Source of the DNA: Trichoplax adhaerens
Lineage: Eukaryota; Animalia; Placozoa
NCBI RefSeq assembly: GCF_000150275.1
Contig: NW_002060946.1
Coordinates: 3,491,454 to 3,555,453, forward strand
Direction of reading: 5' to 3'
DNA: 64,000 bases
Positions within the stretch are counted from its first letter, which is position 1; every line of letters starts with the position of its first letter. The notes below the pieces were generated by a model, which was not told the DNA's origin, ran no database searches, and saw nothing but the letters and a program-made list of their open reading frames with translations. A program made the position numbers and the translations under genes. This document shows positions 27,301 through 40,432 of the stretch, piece by piece.

Positions 27301-28677
27301 GACAGATCATTGTATATGAGGGTATGCATTTATTTTTAATTCTTGAATAATTTTTAAACTATCATCCCATTCGAAGGGAGAAAACCTTTATTCAGCGTTT
27401 ATCAATTCCTTTATCAGATTATAACCTGATTCCCGTACTAAAGACCATGTGCGATAAGGATGTCAAACTTCATTGCAGGAAAAATCACCCATCTAAAGGC
27501 TTGGCACCAATTATTAGCTGTCTTAGGAAACTTCTTTTAAAACATGTTAGAGAACCGTACAGATCAATGGTATAATTAGATTATGTCCACTAATATTATT
27601 CTATTATTTATTTTTATCGTGTAGAAACTTTCCGGCGATTGCTCTACTGCAGTTAGACATTTAGAGGAGGCACAAGCTAAAGAATTTCAACTTGATCCCA
27701 ATCTTCGAGCTATGTGTTACGTCGAGGTTATTAAAACTTGACAATCTATTGCTTAGTTTTTAGTTGCAAATCTGTAAAAATTTGCAACTACTTATTTGCT
27801 TTAGGTTTCAACTTTCTGTCCGGGTACTAGACCAAACGAAATTAATATTTGCTTGAAGAGAAACTTTGGACTCATAAAAAATCATAATTGCAGCTTGGTA
27901 ATTTACGGATACATACATTTCCTATGTTAAATGCGTACAAGCTAGGATGTCTCGTAAAATTCTGAAATCTATGCTATTATTTTATCATTGTAATTAAGGA
28001 AATTATCCGAATTGTTGCCGAAGAAGCTGAGGACATCAAAGCTGATCCAGATTTATATAGCAAATGTCTTTATGATATCAAAAGACATTGTATAGATGAA
28101 CTTGAGATAAACTCGCAAGGTATTAAATAAAGTTGTGAAAGCTTTCAGTTTTCTCATATGCATCAACGTAGTTTATCAAACTTTTGATTTTATGCTTTTT
28201 AAATAAATCTTTCACTGTATTATTTCATTAATGCAGTGTTGGCATGTCTATGGAAAGCAAATAAAAGTCGAAAAAAATTCGATCTTCAATGCAAGGCTGA
28301 GCTGGAAAAGAAAGCCAAACAATTATCAGAAATGAAAGAGGTGACCTAAATAATTGCCTTCGTTATTGTATTAGATGTTTAAATACGTTGTAGACTTAAT
28401 CTATGTATGGCATAAGTTTTGTATGCTGTACAAAATATACTATCAGAACTAATATTCTACGTACAACATCATTTTCAATCATTTATTTTAGGAAATATCG
28501 AAGGGCGAATATCAACAGCTAAATAATCTTGGTGATGTCGTAGGAGCTATTACTGAATCAGAATCGAAAAACTATTTAATTTTTGTTTTCTGTGGAATTA
28601 TTTTGGCGATTTTTGTGGGAGGTCTTCTATTTGGGCGTATTAGTAAGCGTTTACCTCGGGCTCAAAAGAATGAGTAG
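18319..28677 (+). CDS. GLG1: Golgi apparatus protein 1 (ESL-1/MG-160/CFR), multi-exon
   Basis: Signal peptide. Exon 1 18319-19734 ends in the first Cys-rich repeat (ECGRDAKRFC...LLVCLQ). Many Cys-rich GLG1 repeats follow (LWQYKLTLTEDQRF; ESQAEDFRLDRAFYSACYQDKNKFCRNVPPGKGQVYKCL). Last exon SKNYLIFVFCGIILAIFVGGLLFGRISKRLPRAQKNE* is a TM segment plus basic tail (human SKNYIL...CGRITKRV). TAG 28675-28677. Confidence 0.95.
18718..19500 (+). repeat. Coding tandem repeat in GLG1 exon 1, about 3.5 x 204 bp (68 aa)
   Basis: CAATCCAAGGA-type unit starts at 18718, 18919, 19123 and 19327; peptide QSKDNPNGQQSKDEGLKKVD...KKTAQHHDNPVDQKNTHRPDSNQ..DDDGQRDQHKLHS. Confidence 0.93.
20480..21390. repeat. Old, diverged tandem duplications of about 200-220 bp in GLG1 intron 1
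   Basis: TTACGGTACATT-like anchors near 20486, 20706 and 20903, each followed by CAATTTCTTTTC-like blocks. A second pair AAGGAGCAA...CGAGC...TTGATGT lies near 21095 and 21313. Confidence 0.65.
26752..26828. other. Fold-back element in a GLG1 intron (possible degenerate mini-MITE or structured RNA)
   Basis: GTACTGTA-C-AGCCG-T-TGGG ... CCCA-C-CGGCT-ACTT-TACAGTAC outer stem, plus an inner CGTTT/AAACG stem; GC-rich compared with the rest of the intron. Confidence 0.45.
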
Positions 28678-30228
28678 AATTATTCGTTATTGGTAAATCA
28701 TGACTCTCGCTCAATATTAACAATTCTTTTATCAAATCCATACGATACACTGTGTACGTGCTCAGTTTTTTCATCAAGCACTCCATATTGTTATAGTATA
28801 AAGAAAATTTTAAATGCAGTGATTATAATGATTTACCGCAGTCTCGCCAATTAACTGATAATATCGACGTTAATGTACTGTAAAGTTTACCTTCTATATA
28901 TATACTACCAATTATAGCGTTGGCAAAGTATTAAATGTAGGTAAAGCAATATGAATTAACTGTACGTATGCTTAGCCTGAGCGTTGCTACGGCAGACACG
29001 CTTATGTAAATTTTAACGATTGTATTCATATGCAATAAAATCTACCTTTTGCAGGTCCTTCCTTGTAGCCAAGCGTCGTTTATTTGCCCATTTAATTCAA
29101 TTTGAAGGCTCTTCTTTATGCTGTATTCAAATATATCTTGTATACCGTATAAATCAGTGTATGATAGATACGTTGATGCCTGAAGCTCTGTAATGATAAT
29201 TATTAGTATATTAATTATGCATGTTCTGTAGACTAACAAGTCGAACTTGTATAGGTATAGATTACATAATTACAATGTATTTATGGATACAGATAGCTTG
29301 CTGAGATTGTATACTTTGGTCAGCCATCATGATAAGGGAAAATTAATACTTACCATAGTACTTACATTTACTGTTTTAGTCAGAACTTACTTGTTAATGT
29401 GACTCATTGATAATCGTACTGTATTCCGGTTGCGAGATACGTATGTCCACTTGCATAGTATAGTTGGAGGCGTTAATGCACCAAATGATAAACAGTGCTA
29501 GCATATTGATGTCGTTGTACAGCATTCTTCACCTTCTTCTTCTGTACTCTTTTCGCGTTACCTTAAATATCGTCTCTTTGCTGGTTATGATATCCTTGAG
29601 TGGCTGTTAGTCTTGAATAAAGGGTTTGTATCCATATCTAAGTGATATTAAACAGAAATCCTTGTAATAATGGAGAGTATTAATGATGCACTAGTCAATC
29701 CATAACTACTAACTCTGTATAACTATTGCGTAGAACACACTCAAAAATTTCTTCTACATATACTCTAAAAAAGTAGCTCTACGCTATTGCCTTTTGTTGA
29801 TATTGCACACACCGTATCGTAGCTGACTGATGTAAATTAAAACCTTTATAAATAATTGCCATTGCTTGGCTAATGCATACATTGATCATAGGCGTGTAAC
29901 TGCATCACAACCACTAATTTGTGTATAAACATTATTTCCAAGTATTTAAAGAGTATCAAGATTTATTTAAGGTGTATTGTATTGCTTTGCCGTCCTTCAT
30001 GTAGGCGTACAGTATCATCGGAGTATGCTTTATTAATTAATTAATTAATATATGCAGGTAACTCCGTAGCAGTCAGTCATTTCTACATTGCATAAAACAT
30101 AGGGTAAAGATTTGTTTTAGGTGGAGTATGTATAGCAATACTTTTTTCTTCCCTCTATATAGTACCATTGCATTACTTTATGTATTAATAATTATTTTTT
30201 TACCATTTATACCAACTTAATATAGATG

Positions 30229-30437
30229 AAGAGAACGGCTTAATGCCTTGGTGTATGTCAATAGTCAAGAATATCTGTGAAGCTTTTCCTTCTTTCCTCG
30301 ATATAGTGGCATTGCATTATTTTCTGCATGAATAATTATTTTTTTTCACCCTTCATGCCAACTCGATATGGATTAAGAGAACGGCTTGATAACTTCCGTG
30401 TATGTCAATAGTGAAGAAAATTTGTTAAGCTTTCCTT
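30229..30437. repeat. Diverged direct duplication of about 62 bp
   Basis: AAGAGAACGGCTT...GTGTATGTCAATAGT.AAGAA.AT.TGT.AAGCTTT occurs at about 30229 and about 30375. Confidence 0.8.
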
Positions 30438-31107
30438 GTATGGAAAGCAAATATGCCAAAGGCGTCTTGACGGCAGATAATAAACAGTATGATTGTTTGA
30501 TAAGCCATTGGGATTGTACGTATATTAATAAATAATAAAAAGGTTTAGTTGAGCTAAAAGCGGTCAATCGCTGCCATCATCTATGAGTACTGTATATCCA
30601 TTTTAGAAACGTATACCAGTTTGTTTTCGACTTGAGAGGCATTGAATAGCCCTCCACCAAGTTTCCCCTTACAAGTGGAAAGCATAAGTTTGATCGTATA
30701 CAGTAATGCAAGTTTTGAAATGGTCGTTGAAAAAATATTAGCCACTGTTCTGTATTCTGGTCAATCATTTCTGATGTATTGGAGACTGCTTGATTTTTGA
30801 TGAACTACACACTTGAGGTTCTACATGGCACAGTTGGATTAATTGAATTTGTGAGATTACAGAGAGAATGAAATTATTCTTACCGATCAATAAGACTGTA
30901 TTTGAATGGATAAGTTACAACATCCTGCTGATTTTGTTATTTTAGTGCAGTACATTTTTAGGCTACTGTACGTGATATATTTTATGGATGCATTGATAGA
31001 ATAGAATATTAAGCTAATGAGCTCAACAATGGTACCAAGGTGCACATTGACCAACGGTTGGTGAAGCACCAATGTGCATTATTGACGAGAGTCAATATTA
31101 TGGCCTA

Positions 31108-31888
31108 TTTAGCCACTAGTGAAAAATCGCTTGGACGAAAAGCTGCATTCATGGGCTATGTCAACAATCTTTCCATGACAATACCATTACGACATCCCAC
31201 CTAGGATTGAATATTTTCAAATTATGCAACCGATCGGATTTTCGGTTGTCTCTATCTAGAGGTAAAAATGAGGCATTTATTAACACATTGGTCTACTACT
31301 CATTTAGCCACTAGTGAAAAATCGCTTGGACGAAAAGCTGCATTCATGGGCTATTTAAATAATCTTTCCATGACAATACCATTACGACATCCCACATAGG
31401 ATTGAATATTTTCAAATTATGCAACCGATCGGATTTTCGGTTGTCTCTATCTAGAGGCAAAAATGAGGCATTTATCAACACATTGGTCTACTAGTCATTT
31501 AGCCACTAGTGAAAAATCGCTTGGACGAAAAGCTGCATTCATGGGCTATTTAAACAATCTTTCCATGACAATACCATTACGACATCCCACATAGGATTGA
31601 ATATTTTCAAATTATGCAACCGATCGGATTTTCGGTTGTCTCTATCTAGAGGCAAAAATGAGACATTTATTAAGACATTGGTCTACTAGTCATTTAGCCA
31701 CTAGTGAAAAATCGCTTGGACGAAAAGCTGCATTCATGGGCTATTTAAATAATCTTTCCATGACAATACCATTACGACATCCCACATAGGATTGAATATT
31801 TTCAAATTATGCAACCGATCGGATTTTCGGTTGTCTCTATCTAGAGGCAAAAATGAGACATTTATTAGCACATTGGTCAACTACTCAT
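31108..31888. repeat. Tandem array, 4 x 195 bp
   Basis: Units starting TTTAGCCACTAGTGAAAAATCGC at 31108, 31303, 31498 and 31693, with few substitutions; internal hairpin CAACCGA/TCGGTTG. Confidence 0.97.
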
Positions 31889-34800
31889 GTGGCAGCCATA
31901 AGCGACGACGGTATCATTGCCTAATCCTTCATCCTTGATTGATTTTTTTTCTTATTATTGTAACGGTCGTCTTTTACGACTGTGCTGCGCTATGCAAATT
32001 GAAATAATGTGCATGAATTTGGAGCTCTTTTCATGCTTGACTCCAGGGACTTTTGCATCAAAATGAGCAAGCTTCTATGATGATATTATCATCCTCATTA
32101 CTAAAATAATATTAGCCTTTTGCTGTGATCTCTCGGCCGTCTCCATTTCTACCCAAGCCAGAGCACACATGAATGGATTGTGTTAGCTCGGGCCTTCGTC
32201 CCCGCCCATCATCGTTGAAGAGAGAAAGCTTGCCTGGTTTCAAGCCTTTACTGAATGGCCCATGCCTGTATGTATGCGCGCGCCTATTTGGGGTCAATGG
32301 CCGAGGTCAATCGGCGGGGTCATGGTTGGCAACCAGGTTTGCAACCAGCTCTCCGCCATCATGCGCGATGAAAAAAAGCAAATGAAGAATGGTTAGTGGC
32401 GTGCTGAATGAATCATCATCACAGGCCATGAATTGTCCAGGGTATACTGAACTGTAGCAGCAAGTCTTGAATTCAAAAAAATAGCCCGCTGTAAAGGGCT
32501 TTTATTCATGACTCCATCCATTTCTTTTCACCATTTCAATAGTTTTTTTTGTTGTTGGCATGCGTTGCATTGTACTGTATTGCTACCATATTAGACGTCA
32601 TATTATACGTACAGTATGAGTTGATGGCTTGAAAGCTTGAACAACAACTGCAGTCGATGCCGGTTGCCGGTATCCTACAGGATGTACTCTACCCATGGAC
32701 ACAATGTACTGTAGGTGAGCACCGTTGGTACATGATCCAGTATCCTTCTCTACAGTACCAACACTACAGTGTACAGTCGTTGAGCAACACCTTGGCTTGT
32801 CGACAAAAATAATAAAAATAAACACAATCTGTGTTTGTTTTTAGTTTTGAAAAGCCCGACAAGTATATCAACGCATTCTACGATCGTGAGGTAGAAAGTG
32901 GAGGAGAGATCTTCAAGTCCCAACTGGAACATCTTGATTAATAGAGTAAGTAGTTGGATGGATCGTTATGTAATTTTAAAATAGATCAATGCAGTATTTA
33001 TCAACGGATGAAAACAACAACTTGCAAACCTGATCAGTTCAACTCGACATGTTACGCTGATGATACATCACCCATGCGATGGCAGGGTGTGCTTGCATTT
33101 TTTTTCTCTTTCCTCTATCAGTGGTCTACTTTTCCATCGATCGACCTACTACTATACAGTATAGACGCTAGACGCTGTTTTATTAACGTAGAGCTTGTTA
33201 GTGATCGTCTTGGATTGAAATACTCCAAGTCTATCTTGATTCTTACCGTTAATAACTGGTCGAAATGGATGTCATTAAATAGAAACCATGACTTGATCCA
33301 AACATGCTAACCCAAACTTTTTGAAGCTGATACAACATCATTTCATTATAGCAAATATTTTACATCTGTCGAAATTGTTTCCGCCTGTATGAATATCACT
33401 CACTCACTTTGTCTATTCTACACTGTACAGTAACCATCGCTCACTTTGGTCATAGACTGATAGCAAACTCTCTCGCTATATCTGTTAGACTAAAAATTTA
33501 CTAAAGTCGATTACAAAAGTCTCTCCGCTCACAGTACTATACATGAACATTATTAACTGAATGATCGATCCAACGACCTTTATCGCAAATAATACCGATT
33601 CAATTCCATGGATAAAAATGGCCCCCCCCCCAAAAAATAGACGGTACAGCATAGAAAACGAATATTTTAAAATTCATCGTCCTAATCGACTTCAGATAAA
33701 CTCCATGATTCTACTGCTAGTCGAGATGAAGGCGTTATGAAGCCGTTCTAATTTTACCAAAGCCGGTGAAACTAGAATAGATTCCACGCGTATTCAGTAC
33801 TGCAGTACAGAAATAGTATAAGGCATTGGCGTATAACATATGTAAATGAATAGGTTTAGCCATTCACCATTTTACTATTAATGATTGATTGATTGATGGT
33901 TGCATGTTGACAGTAGAGTATCTGAGTGTAATCCTACCTTGCCTATACTCTACTTATAATATGCGCTTGACTGACAGAAACACTACCTAAACAACTATGT
34001 CCACTGAACCGGTTTCGCTAGTGTTGTAGTCAGCATCCAATATCCAACAAGGAACTGGGCCTCTATTAGCTTAATGAAGCTGCTCTACATATTGCAGTAG
34101 TAAGCCATGCAAGATTCTACAGAGCACGTTGTTGTTGAAGGAAATCCTAGCTCAAGAGGCAAAACGGCGGATTGGCATGGATACAATACAATTTATTGCA
34201 AGCGATCTTTGACAAGGGACTATTTTCTTGTAGTCTTTTAAGTAGCCGTATGCTTACCCTTTTATATCGCATACTATATGAAATAAGTATCATCATGCCC
34301 TCCAAATAGTATTACTGCTATACTCTATCCAATATTGGCAGAGTCTGTTCGACAGTATTAGCCGGCGACAATATTTCCATAAAACAACATTAGTCATGGT
34401 AGCAATAAATTGACCGGTATGGCAAGAATTGTTCCCAACTGTAAAAGTCAAATATTATTCGTACATACGGGTATAAACTACTACTAAAAGAAGACTTTTA
34501 AGTAGTCCATGATACTAGCATGCGATATGGCCAATCAATTTGGCCAGATTAATTTAATTAATTGAATTAGGGTGCACATTCCGCAGATTGTCAAGGAATG
34601 ACACAGGAGATCTCCAGTTGTACAGTACTAGGAATGAGTTCATTACTCATAGGTAGGAGAAAGTCCATAGCCTATTTATTGATTGACGATAAAACGAGAT
34701 GCATTTGGCAACATTGCACGTGGTAGTAACTTGGCCGATGCGAAACACCGGTCTTCGGATCAATTCATGCGGCAAGTTTTTTTTCGGTTAAAAGAAAAAT

Positions 34801-34935
34801 AGTCACGTTGTTCGCCGCGATGTATGCATAGAATTTCATACAGCTGTTGGACCGATAGGACAGTATTACCGAATATAATTTAATTAAGTGGCAAAAGAAA
34901 ATTAAAGTAGACGAAATGACCAGAGACAGTACTGT

Positions 34936-34948
34936 AGGTCAAAGGCCT
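34936..34948 (+). promoter_or_regulatory. DR1-like nuclear receptor element upstream of CPT1 copy 1
   Basis: AGGTCA-A-AGGCCT, about 1.1 kb upstream of the ATG at 36029. Confidence 0.35.
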
Positions 34949-36028
34949 CTGAAAAAATTTACTTTTTACACATCCTAGAGACGCTAATTGTATATATATA
35001 TATAGTGCACTCAAATTGGTAAGAAAATTGGCCAAGTCCCAATGAGTAAAAAAGGTAGTTGTTGTGAGACAGCGGCTACTTGTTTTCAAAAAGGAAAAAT
35101 ATTTCATATAGGAAATGCGTCCAAAGCATAAATATAGTACTAAAGTACAACCGCATCAGGACAATTGCCACCCATGACTTTTACGGGCATTTTCTACCCC
35201 TGAAGAACTATTTAGCTATTCAAAAATCGAAAAATTCTTCTATCATTTACATTTATGTGTTACTTTTTATAATTTAAGACACATTAACTCAAAAAGATTT
35301 AGTTATGGATGGCAATTATCCGGGTGACAGTTGTCCTAAAACCATAAAATGCTGCGCTTGATTTTATATATTGTCCAATTCGATTATGTGTATAGATGCA
35401 CACATACTTTGCCAAGAAATCACTAGAGGACACCAAGTGTGTGTGTAATGTCTTCTTGACGAGCACATGAATTGGAATTTTTATGTCGTTACAATTCAAT
35501 ATTATTGCAAAAAAAACGATTTATATTGTTACGATTTAAGAATATGTACTTGCTGTGTAAACTTTACAGTAGAAGTACGTAGTTAGTGCGAGTAGTGTTC
35601 AATAAGCTAATTTTGTAAACCTTTACGCGAAAGCAATCTTTATTCTTACATTATTTCATCGTGCAACGTACAGTAAACGACTTCAACTAAAATTTTATCC
35701 TCTTATTACAATAAAAAGAAGTTCCTGTTTTTTATCAAGAGGAGAAAGTTTTTTATTTTAAGAGGGGATGAGCAAAAGAATTCAAGACATATTTATTTAC
35801 AGTATATTATGCCACTAGATTATAAATTACCAATAGAGCGCCAGTTACTAGGGTAATATTTTAATATTAGTTGATATTAAATAAGTGAATAGGAGTGTAC
35901 GCAAATTAACAAGAAACTGCATACCACGGATTGAGAAATTTTCACCTAACGTTCGCTTGAACTTTTTGTAGGTACAAAAGTTACTTCACAACTTTACCCA
36001 TATTATTCTGCGCACTCAAATTTGAGAA

Positions 36029-38341
36029 ATGGCGGAAGCAAGGCAAGCTGTTGCATTCCAATTTACAATCACCTCTAATGGGATTTTTATCGACTTCAAT
36101 CAAGTAGGAATCAATAATGCTATTCAAACAGTATTACACGCAATACGGCTGAAATGGCGCAACTTCCGTAATTCTCTACATAAGAGTGTATTTCCAAATT
36201 CTGCTAAATCGTATCTAATTATCGCGATGGTATTAGTTTTACTGCGCTATCTACAGTTTGGGCCGGTAAAATATCTCTTTCAATTAGAAGCTTACATCCC
36301 TACGCAGGATCCTCGAATTACCATCGCCACTCATGTTGTTATATTAGCAACGGTATTGTGGATCACCTTGGCTTATTTTAAGCGATACATGTTAAAAGTT
36401 TTGCTTATGTACAAGGGATGGATATTTGAGAGCGGAGGAAAGATCTCGCTCCAAACTAAAATTTGGTATGGCTTGATAAATATGTTGAAGTGGAAAGGAA
36501 AACTCCAGTTATTAAGCTATCAGTCTTCACTGCCACGATTGCCAGTCCCTTCTTTAGAATCAACTACCAAAAGATACCTCCAATCAGTACGTCCGTTAGT
36601 TAACGACGAAAAATATGACCGGATGGCCAAGCTGGCCAATGAATTCCAGAATGGTATTGGATGTAAACTCCAACGTTATCTAGTTCTTTATTCATGGTGG
36701 GCGAGTAACTATGTCTCTAGCTGGTGGGAAAATTATGTCTATTTACGGAGTCGTGAATCACTCCTCATTAATAGTAACTATTACATGATAGATGGAGCCA
36801 CTGAAGAAACCGTGACCAACAGACAAGCTGCTCGCGCAGCAAGCATAACAAGAAGTGTAATACAATATCGCCAAATGATAGACGATGAGAGCTTGGAACC
36901 ATTGATACTTCGGGATTCAATTCCGATGTGTTGTAAGCAACATCTTAGGCAAATGAATACTGCAAGATTACCCGGAAAGGAATTTGATAAGATTGCCCAT
37001 TACAGTTCAAGCATTTCTCGTCATATTGCCGTTCTTCATAAAGGTCGCTATTACAAGCTTGATTTGTATCGCGGTCCACGCTGGCTAAAATTAGTGGACC
37101 TAGAAAAGCAATTTCAGCGTATCATTGATGATGAAGAAGAACCACTACCGAGTGAATTACACTTGGCTGCGTTAACAGCCGTAGACAGGACTCGCTGGGC
37201 TACAATACGTGAAGAATACTTCTCAAACGGAATTAATAAGCAGTCTCTAGATGTAATCGAAAAATCTGCTTTTGTTCTTGTATTAGACGATACCGAACAA
37301 TTTTATCAAGAAAATGATCCTAGTAAGTTTAATTCATTTTGCAAAGCATGCCTTTGCGGTAACGGTTACAACAGATGGTTTGATAAATCAATGACTGCAA
37401 TCATTTATGCTAATGGACGATTTGGAGCGAATTTGGAGCACACATTTGCAGATGCACCAATATTTGGTCATCTACTTGAATATCTCATGACAAACGATGC
37501 ATCTCCAGGAAGATTTAAGCCGGATGGCCATTGTGATGGTGAATCCAGCGTGGACAATATTGGCCGTCCTACCCGATTGAAGTGGGATATTCCTTCTAAA
37601 TGTTGTGAAGAAATTGAAGATTGCGCCCAAATTGCAAAGTCGGCCATAAGTGATCTCGATCTTTATGTGCTAGATTTTACTGAATATGGCAAAGGATATA
37701 TGAAAACTTGTAAAGTTAGTCCTGATGGTTACATGCAAATGGCGTTACAATTGACCTACTATAGATTAAGTCGTCAATTTTGCTTAACCTACGAGTCAAG
37801 CATGACACGATTATACAGAGAAGGTAGGACTGAAACTGTTCGACCTGTTACTACGTTGTCTACAGAATTCGTTCACACTATGTGCGATAAAAAGAAAAGC
37901 AGCGCTGAAAAGCGTCAAGCTTTAAGGAATGCTTGTGAAAATCATGCTATGTTAGCAAAGGAAGCCATGTTGGGTTATGGGATCGATCGCCATCTGTTTT
38001 GCTTATATGTTGTATCAAAATATCTTAAACTCGATTCACCGTTTTTAAAAGAAGTATTAAGTGAACCTTGGCGCCTGTCTACTAGTCAAACCCCTCACAG
38101 GCAGACGAAATTTTGCAAAGATGATGATTACGATGCTTGCGCTAAAAAGTTATCTGCTGGTGGTGGATTTGGCCCAGTGGCAGACGACGGCTATGGCGTT
38201 TCTTACATTTTTACTGGCAATCGATATGTAGTCATTCATATTACATCAAAGAAATCCTGCAGAGGTACAGGTTCCGAAAAATTTGCTAAAATGTTGAGAA
38301 AAAGCCTACTAGATATGCGAAAAATCTTTCAAGATTCTTAA
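36029..38341 (+). CDS. CPT1: Carnitine O-palmitoyltransferase 1, copy 1 (intronless CDS, 770 aa)
   Basis: MAEARQAVAFQF N-terminus, two TM segments, LPRLPVP, WWENYVYL, NRWFDKS, catalytic EH(T)FADAP, TYESSMTR, GIDRHLF, WRLSTSQTP and GGGFGPVADDGYGVSY. Likely 5'UTR intron acceptor TTTTTTGTAG ending at 35971. Confidence 0.97.
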   Translation: MAEARQAVAFQFTITSNGIFIDFNQVGINNAIQTVLHAIRLKWRNFRNSLHKSVFPNSAKSYLIIAMVLVLLRYLQFGPVKYLFQLEAYIPTQDPRITIATHVVILATVLWITLAYFKRYMLKVLLMYKGWIFESGGKISLQTKIWYGLINMLKWKGKLQLLSYQSSLPRLPVPSLESTTKRYLQSVRPLVNDEKYDRMAKLANEFQNGIGCKLQRYLVLYSWWASNYVSSWWENYVYLRSRESLLINSNYYMIDGATEETVTNRQAARAASITRSVIQYRQMIDDESLEPLILRDSIPMCCKQHLRQMNTARLPGKEFDKIAHYSSSISRHIAVLHKGRYYKLDLYRGPRWLKLVDLEKQFQRIIDDEEEPLPSELHLAALTAVDRTRWATIREEYFSNGINKQSLDVIEKSAFVLVLDDTEQFYQENDPSKFNSFCKACLCGNGYNRWFDKSMTAIIYANGRFGANLEHTFADAPIFGHLLEYLMTNDASPGRFKPDGHCDGESSVDNIGRPTRLKWDIPSKCCEEIEDCAQIAKSAISDLDLYVLDFTEYGKGYMKTCKVSPDGYMQMALQLTYYRLSRQFCLTYESSMTRLYREGRTETVRPVTTLSTEFVHTMCDKKKSSAEKRQALRNACENHAMLAKEAMLGYGIDRHLFCLYVVSKYLKLDSPFLKEVLSEPWRLSTSQTPHRQTKFCKDDDYDACAKKLSAGGGFGPVADDGYGVSYIFTGNRYVVIHITSKKSCRGTGSEKFAKMLRKSLLDMRKIFQDS

Positions 38342-40419
38342 AATCATATTCCTTCTTACAAATTTATGGCCTTCATTGAACTAGAAGCGTTAGTTTACTT
38401 ACCACTGTATTCTCAGATAAGATAGTTAATTGTATCTCGGTTATCAAGCGTCGTTAAATTGATCAATTTTATTTTGTATGCAATAAAGTAAGATCGTACT
38501 ATCGTTAGCTGCTTCATGCCAAAATTATCAAGGTAACTAGATGGTTATCATTCAACACTAGGTTATTTATAATCTGCAGTGTGATACGGAATTGATAAAT
38601 ATTCCTTATTGCGATATTTTGTTTAGCAACGTTATAGCACTTTGAAAGAGTGTCATTCTTGAAATACCGGAGAGATTACTTACGACTTTGAAATACTGTA
38701 GTATAAATCCAAGTTTTCGTAATAGTAGATAGTATATAATTGCTATCAATTCGTCGTATCATTGCTTTAGTAACTAGAAATAGGTACATTTCCATTTGAT
38801 AACGGATGGACCCTTTACAAGTTCAGATTTGAAGTCCGAAATTATGATACTAATTCATGTTATATGGAAATTGAACAATTTATAATGTAATTTATTTTTA
38901 TGCTATTTAACGCAGCAGCAATGCTTCTTTTATTCAAATTTGGGTAATGTATATCGTTGTATGAAGGCATTGCTGCAAGATCAAATTTCTGGCGATAAAT
39001 TTACTGCATGCAAGAGCACTGTGATTACTATGTATGCCTATAGTAGTATATGCTTATACGTATTTTACCGTTTGTGAAAGTGTTTTGCCTGTGTGGTGAA
39101 AATTTAATATTACTTAATTCACTCTCAAATGACCGACTTGGAAGATACTACGTGATCTATGTTTCTAAATGCTTTGTGCCGGCGACATGCTTCCTAGTCT
39201 GTATATCTGTAAATAAATACAGTTGGCTCTGCAATGAATAAAAAGTAAAATTGTATCACTTCTATTATTAAGAAAGTTGGTCAACACTGTGATTCGTATT
39301 AAGGATAGCAATGTTAACTTTGTTTGCAATTAGTAATGATTTTACATTTCTAGAGATAATCGTATTTCGGTCAATTTTATAAATTACACCGCATAGATGT
39401 CAATAAGAAGCGTATGTTGTGCTCAATGATTTATAGCATATTGGCATACTGTACATATTTACCGTACATGAGTATGATTTTCTGTAGTCGTAACTATTAT
39501 AAATCTATAGAGGTACAGTATATGCGTAAATATCATAAATCCGTAGAGGTATATACGCGTCAATAAATTATTATTATTATTAATAAATCTACTTCCATGA
39601 TGGAATTACTCGGAGTTTTAATCATTTTTTTTCTCTGTCTCTCTATCTTACGAAAGATACCACAAATACGTAGTGCAAGCAAATGCTATCCGCAATGTAG
39701 AGGCGCAAACATTAGAATATTTATTTTACTATTTTTCTTTCAATATGTTACTGAGCGACATAAAGTATATTTTCAAATACGCGTACGTGATACATGATAC
39801 TAGTGTAGACTGTAGACATACAATATACAGTATTACTTGTGTTCTGGTTACTTCGATATGCTATTGCTTGCTAGTTAGTGAGTAACTACTGTATAGTATA
39901 TAATTCTAGTAGATACCCTGCCTAAAGTAAACCTTGTACTGTACAAGTTTCTATTATTCCAGTATGTAGGTACTTGACAAGTGAAAAAGGAAAAAGACAT
40001 TCGTCAAATTACATAATCGTACTGGCTGCATGGCTATGTACATCTGAGCCAAAATATTTGTTGACTGATATGTTTTACTGTTAAAACAAAACATGTATAC
40101 TCGTCTATTAAAAACACAAGTATTAGCTAAATAGTTAAGTAGCCAATAGTCTTGAATCGGTTGCTTTATGTTGGAAAAGCGTCAACATAAAATCAATATT
40201 TCGCAGGCGTATTGCACGTATGCAACGCTTGAATATACTGTACTGTACAGTGTACAATATAGAGAGAGAGATTCTGTATCTACTAACGTTATGGCTGAGT
40301 GTACATATGCGATGGAAACGATATAAATAACCATCTGCATTATTTACAACCCCCCAAAATGTTTAATAATGATAATAATAATAATTGTTATTATTGTTTT
40401 GGAATTGAATTGTTCTACT

Positions 40420-40432
40420 TGGACTTTGACCC
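40420..40432 (-). promoter_or_regulatory. HNF4-type DR1 element
   Basis: TGGACTTTGACCC = GGGTCA-A-AGTCCA on the minus strand, containing the HNF4-preferred CAAAGTCCA core. Confidence 0.5.

Noticed and set aside
16588-31888. Hammerhead ribozymes within the tandem arrays
   Set aside because: No CTGANGA plus GAAA core with flanking stems seen on either strand of the repeat units.
32474-32504. Rho-independent terminator-like hairpin AGCCC/GGGCT followed by T-run
   Set aside because: Short stem, eukaryotic context and no bacterial-like gene nearby.
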